A DNA stretch of 64,000 nt from the IMG/VR virus record IMGVR_UViG_3300018962_000001, positions 124,001-188,000 of that record; one strand, written 5' to 3'. Every line of letters starts with the position of its first letter. Within the stretch, counting starts at the first letter, position 1. Positions 60,682-64,000 of this stretch are shown in pieces. A model generated the notes under the pieces. The model was not told where the DNA came from and did no database searches. It was given only the letters and a program-made list of their open reading frames with translations. The position numbers were made by a program, and so were the translations under genes.

Positions 60682-61540
60682 GCCATTTTCGACCGATGAG
60701 CTGGAGCGGCTCGTCGACGCAGCGGAGATGCCCGCACCCTCCGAAGCCAGTCCTCTGCGACTGTGCGGCTGTTGCGGGGCGGTATTAAGCGGATCGCCGC
60801 CGTTTGATCCGGTCTGGTGGCAAGGTGGCGAACTCTGGTGGTTGGCCGACCAAGACTATGGCACCGTGGAAACCGCCTGGGACGAGGCGACCGGCCTGCT
60901 GTTGTGCGACGCGGCACGATTCGAGATCGCGGCGATCGCCTGGGGATCGACCGATGAGCCAGGAAACGGTCCCAGCTATCTCGCCACAGAGATCGGGAAT
61001 GTCAGTATGCGCGACCTGTTTGCGCCGTTTCTCGGGGATCTGAAGGTCGCTGCCGATTGGGTCCGCTGGCGGCGCGGTGAAGGGCGCGATCGGTTCGTCA
61101 GCTTCGTGGTCTTGTGGGAATGTTCCCAGGAGATCGGAGGCGGCTATTTTGGCGATGATTGGGAGGTGGCGGTGGATTTCGTCGGGATTGTGCGGCCCAC
61201 ACGCACCGGCCTCGATGTGATCCCTCCCGCCCAGTACGATACACGAGGAGGACCGCAGATGCAAATTACAACCCAGCGCCGATCCGGCGATTGGATGGCG
61301 TGCCTGGATGGGGATCTCACCAAGTTTGAAACCGGACGGACGGAGGAGGAGGCGGTTGGGACGCTGATTCGGACTCGTGCCGCCGAAGTGCCCGATCATA
61401 CCGTGATCCAAACGCAGCTGACCAACTGGCGGGCAAGCCGGGCGGGCGTGGCGGTGCTCGGAGCGGAGGCGATCGCCTCCGGCAGCGTCCAGATCCGGCG
61501 GCTTCCTCCCGAATCGGGTGGAACTGGAGCCCCACGATGA
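60527..61540 (+). CDS. Hypothetical protein, probable fusion of two genes
   Basis: AGGAGG RBS before ATG 60527; second in-frame GAGGAGG + ATG at 61259. Confidence 0.65.
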   Translation: MTLSRWGELTTVQVAYFRTGDHPWTALDGPIATSAESDSALVGTVIAGLSIEPFSTDELERLVDAAEMPAPSEASPLRLCGCCGAVLSGSPPFDPVWWQGGELWWLADQDYGTVETAWDEATGLLLCDAARFEIAAIAWGSTDEPGNGPSYLATEIGNVSMRDLFAPFLGDLKVAADWVRWRRGEGRDRFVSFVVLWECSQEIGGGYFGDDWEVAVDFVGIVRPTRTGLDVIPPAQYDTRGGPQMQITTQRRSGDWMACLDGDLTKFETGRTEEEAVGTLIRTRAAEVPDHTVIQTQLTNWRASRAGVAVLGAEAIASGSVQIRRLPPESGGTGAPR

Positions 61541-61893
61541 GCACCGAGACTCCCGATTCCTTGGATCTGTTGCGCCATTGGCCGACCCCGTGGACCGTTC
61601 GCCCCGTAACCCGGTATCACATTGGACTCTATGATGCCGTGGGAAAGCTGGTGCTATCCGCAGAAACGAGTCACCAGACCTTGCTGCTCAGTCTCATCGC
61701 TACCTGTGTGAATCAGGCCGCGGCAACGAAGGACCTGATCGCCGCTGCGCGCGCGCTGTCGGCGGATTGGGAGCCGTTCACCGATGATCAGGAACGGCTG
61801 GTCGTTGCCCCGCCGTATATCCGGGCTGTCCAGCGGGCGGTCGCCCGCTACGACGGCAAACCAACCTGGCCCTATGAAGGAGGTCCGGCATGA
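61537..61893 (+). CDS. Hypothetical protein
   Basis: GGAG RBS; ATGA overlaps. Confidence 0.7.
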   Translation: MSTETPDSLDLLRHWPTPWTVRPVTRYHIGLYDAVGKLVLSAETSHQTLLLSLIATCVNQAAATKDLIAAARALSADWEPFTDDQERLVVAPPYIRAVQRAVARYDGKPTWPYEGGPA

Positions 61894-62177
61894 CCCAGTG
61901 CAGTCATCAGCGGGCCGTGGAACACCACCAGTACAAATCCCTGATTCCACGCTTGGATCAAGGACACCTTTTTACCGAGCGCGTGCCCTGCCCGGATTGC
62001 GCGCTCCCCGTTACCCTGATCCCGCAATATAGTCGTCCGGTTCCTCATCTGTTGGTCGTCACCGACGACTACGCGATCACGGCGGATTTCGCGTTCTACG
62101 GCGGCCAGCTCTATCAGACGGTGCAAACCGAGCCACGGACCTATCCGCCGCCGTACGAACGGGAGGTGGGTGGATGA
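61890..62177 (+). CDS. Hypothetical protein (CxH...CxxC)
   Basis: AAGGAGG RBS; ATGA overlaps. Confidence 0.7.
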   Translation: MTQCSHQRAVEHHQYKSLIPRLDQGHLFTERVPCPDCALPVTLIPQYSRPVPHLLVVTDDYAITADFAFYGGQLYQTVQTEPRTYPPPYEREVGG

Positions 62178-62536
62178 CGATCTCGTTTCCGAATGATCCA
62201 CAAGCCTTCTTTCTCCACCTTGCCAACTATTGTGACGGGCCGGTCACGGCGGTAACCCTGAGCTTCCACGCCGATCCGGTGGCCTTTGGGTGGCGAATCT
62301 CGGCAAATTACTATCCTGAGTCCCGGCGGCTGATGCGCGACCACTTTTATCTCACCGCTGATCCGCAGATGGATCGGTTGATCCAACTCAGCATTGAGGG
62401 GCGCATCATTGAGGCCGTGCCAGGCGGGATTCCAGGGCCGGATGGTGATCCGCCGTATCGCCTGTGTGCGGGGATTATGCCCGATACCGATTCCCGGTCC
62501 AACCCGCTGCGCCTGGAGGACCGACATGGCGCTTAG
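62174..62536 (+). CDS. Hypothetical protein
   Basis: GGAGGT RBS. Confidence 0.7.
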   Translation: MTISFPNDPQAFFLHLANYCDGPVTAVTLSFHADPVAFGWRISANYYPESRRLMRDHFYLTADPQMDRLIQLSIEGRIIEAVPGGIPGPDGDPPYRLCAGIMPDTDSRSNPLRLEDRHGA

Positions 62537-62822
62537 CCCGGATCTGGTGTGTGCGATTAATACGTGGTTTGCCTTTCGGCGAACTCCGCGATGGATCAAT
62601 CACGAAGGCCGGAGTCGCCGGGCTGGTGGTCGCGCGGTGCAGATTCTGACCTGGCCGGATGACCGGACCAAGCAGATGATCGAGGAGCATGTCATCACCG
62701 TGGCCGCTGCGCACGGGATCGCGGTCACGATCCGGCAGTCGGGCATGCTGCTGCTGGCGTGCGGCGATGATCGCTGGATCATCACGGAGCCGATTCCTCC
62801 GTGGGAGGACCGAACGCAATGA
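62526..62822 (+). CDS. Hypothetical protein, paralogue 1 of 3
   Basis: GGAGG RBS; MALS..L..AINTWFAFRRTP. Confidence 0.75.
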   Translation: MALSPDLVCAINTWFAFRRTPRWINHEGRSRRAGGRAVQILTWPDDRTKQMIEEHVITVAAAHGIAVTIRQSGMLLLACGDDRWIITEPIPPWEDRTQ

Positions 62823-63286
62823 ATCTCAGTATGAACCTGCTGGCCGCGCTAAACACCTATTTCGCCTTCCAGACCATGCCACACCAGCACGGCACGGTCC
62901 AGGTGGTTGGATGGCGCGATGACCCCACGCGCCAGCGGGTCTGTGCCGCGCTGACGGCTACTGCCGAGGAGGATGGGTGGCGGATCGCCATCCGTTCGGA
63001 CGGTATTGCCCTGTTTCGTGATGACGAGTCCCATCTCATCACCGGCCCGATCGAGATTCCACGCCACGCGCCCGGACGGATTCCTACCCGGCTGGCGGAG
63101 TATCTCTGGACCTATACGTGTCTGTGTTTGGGTGATCCGCGCATGACCGGGCCAATTGCCCTGTTTGCCCTGTCGGTGGATGCCGACGCCCACCGGGAGC
63201 AGCTTGCCAGCACGTATCACCAACGCGAGGTGGTGCTCCTTGGCTTCGACGACTGGTGTGATCGTTTTGAAGGAGGATCGGTCTAA
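62819..63286 (+). CDS. Hypothetical protein, paralogue 2 of 3, with C-terminal extension
   Basis: GGAGG RBS; MNLS..L.AALNTYFAF. Confidence 0.75.
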   Translation: MNLSMNLLAALNTYFAFQTMPHQHGTVQVVGWRDDPTRQRVCAALTATAEEDGWRIAIRSDGIALFRDDESHLITGPIEIPRHAPGRIPTRLAEYLWTYTCLCLGDPRMTGPIALFALSVDADAHREQLASTYHQREVVLLGFDDWCDRFEGGSV

Positions 63287-63546
63287 TGCGCCTGAGTGCT
63301 GCGATGAAAGCCGCGATTAATACCTATTATGCGTTCCGGCGGACCCCAACCCGCGTGGCAACACTGGAACGTGGTGGATCGCTCTACAACGTCGGCTGGC
63401 CCGACAGTGCGACCAAGGAGCGGATCTGCCAACACGTGTGTGATGTTGCCGCTACGCACGGGATCAGTGTGTCGATTGTGCCGGGGACCATCTTCCTCCG
63501 GCGTGGCACGCAACGCCTGCAAGTGAATGGACCAATCGAGCCATGA
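63286..63546 (+). CDS. Hypothetical protein, paralogue 3 of 3
   Basis: AAGGAGG RBS; MRLS..M.AAINTYYAFRRTP. Confidence 0.75.
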   Translation: MRLSAAMKAAINTYYAFRRTPTRVATLERGGSLYNVGWPDSATKERICQHVCDVAATHGISVSIVPGTIFLRRGTQRLQVNGPIEP

Positions 63547-64000
63547 GTGACCACCGAACCCTGCGCAGCGATGGGACGCTGCGCTATGCTGATGGAATCT
63601 ACCGACTCGCGCAGTTCGAGGGCGGCGACCCTGACGGCGAGTGGTGGAATCAACGAGTTGATCCGTATCTAGGAAAGCGGGTGGAGGTGGAGCTGGACGA
63701 CGGGATTCAACTCGGAAAATTGGCCGTGTCTGATCCACGCACGGGCGACTTCCTCTTTTATATGTTTCGCGATCAGGACGTTGGTCCGCCGCCGCCGCCA
63801 CTGGATACCCAGGTGGCGGAAGATGGCGCGGTGTATTATTCCTGGCGCTGGTGGATGCCGGAAGCCCCCGCTTCAGTCTGGCGGCGCTGGATCGGCAAGG
63901 TGGTGCATCTCCATGATGATCCCGACGCGCCCCAGGATCGAGTTCAGGTCGTTGATCCGGCGACCGGCACCACCCTGTGGTGGGCGCTCATCGTGCCACT
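63543..64000 (+). CDS. Hypothetical protein, truncated by window edge
   Basis: ATGA overlap at 63543, frame open to window end (MSDHRTLRSDG...). Confidence 0.65.
   Translation, partial: MSDHRTLRSDGTLRYADGIYRLAQFEGGDPDGEWWNQRVDPYLGKRVEVELDDGIQLGKLAVSDPRTGDFLFYMFRDQDVGPPPPPLDTQVAEDGAVYYSWRWWMPEAPASVWRRWIGKVVHLHDDPDAPQDRVQVVDPATGTTLWWALIVP

Larger units (their letters stand above)
1..64000. mobile_element. Tailed (siphovirus-like) phage genome segment or prophage; ends not in window
   Basis: Contiguous capsid-neck-tail operon on - strand, phage tRNAs, dense small overlapping ORFs, no host housekeeping genes. Confidence 0.95.

Overview
The whole window is part of a large, GC-rich tailed phage (siphovirus-type, Caudoviricetes) genome or prophage. 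The host is probably a GC-rich bacterium with peptidoglycan; Chloroflexota or Actinomycetota is inferred, not shown. Layout: (i) 1-5.8 kb, + strand accessory genes (orphan HigA antitoxin, DUF4031, HAD-domain protein, YciF/DUF892 ferritin-like protein) and three tRNAs (Asp-GTC, Arg-GCG, Ile-GAT). (ii) 5.8-51.9 kb, a - strand morphogenesis operon: scaffold, decoration protein, major capsid, head-tail proteins, major tail, frameshifted tail chaperones, tape measure with M23 and lytic transglycosylase domains, Dit-like protein, hub, S74-chaperoned tail spike, and two giant adhesin-like proteins. (iii) 52-64 kb, + strand small early-type genes (macrodomain, DUF932, lipoprotein, tandem paralogues). 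No terminase, portal, lysis, integrase or replication gene is recognisable in the window. Two things stand out. First, a ~3.9 kb module inserted between the tail chaperones and the tape measure gene encodes a stand-alone RAMP/Cas7-like protein and an HNH nuclease. These genes are embedded in about 11 non-coding units made of (GGY-NN)n pentamer tracts, many closed by a covarying hairpin, which suggests a non-CRISPR RNA-guided system with a gapped dinucleotide code. It matches my recollection of the VIPR family. Second, the two giant virion proteins contain cryptic, sequence-divergent but strictly periodic 20-aa, ~21-aa and ~14-aa repeats, encoded next to three small beta-sandwich proteins, which suggests ruler-templated composite filaments. 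All family assignments come from motif recognition by eye; no database search was run.
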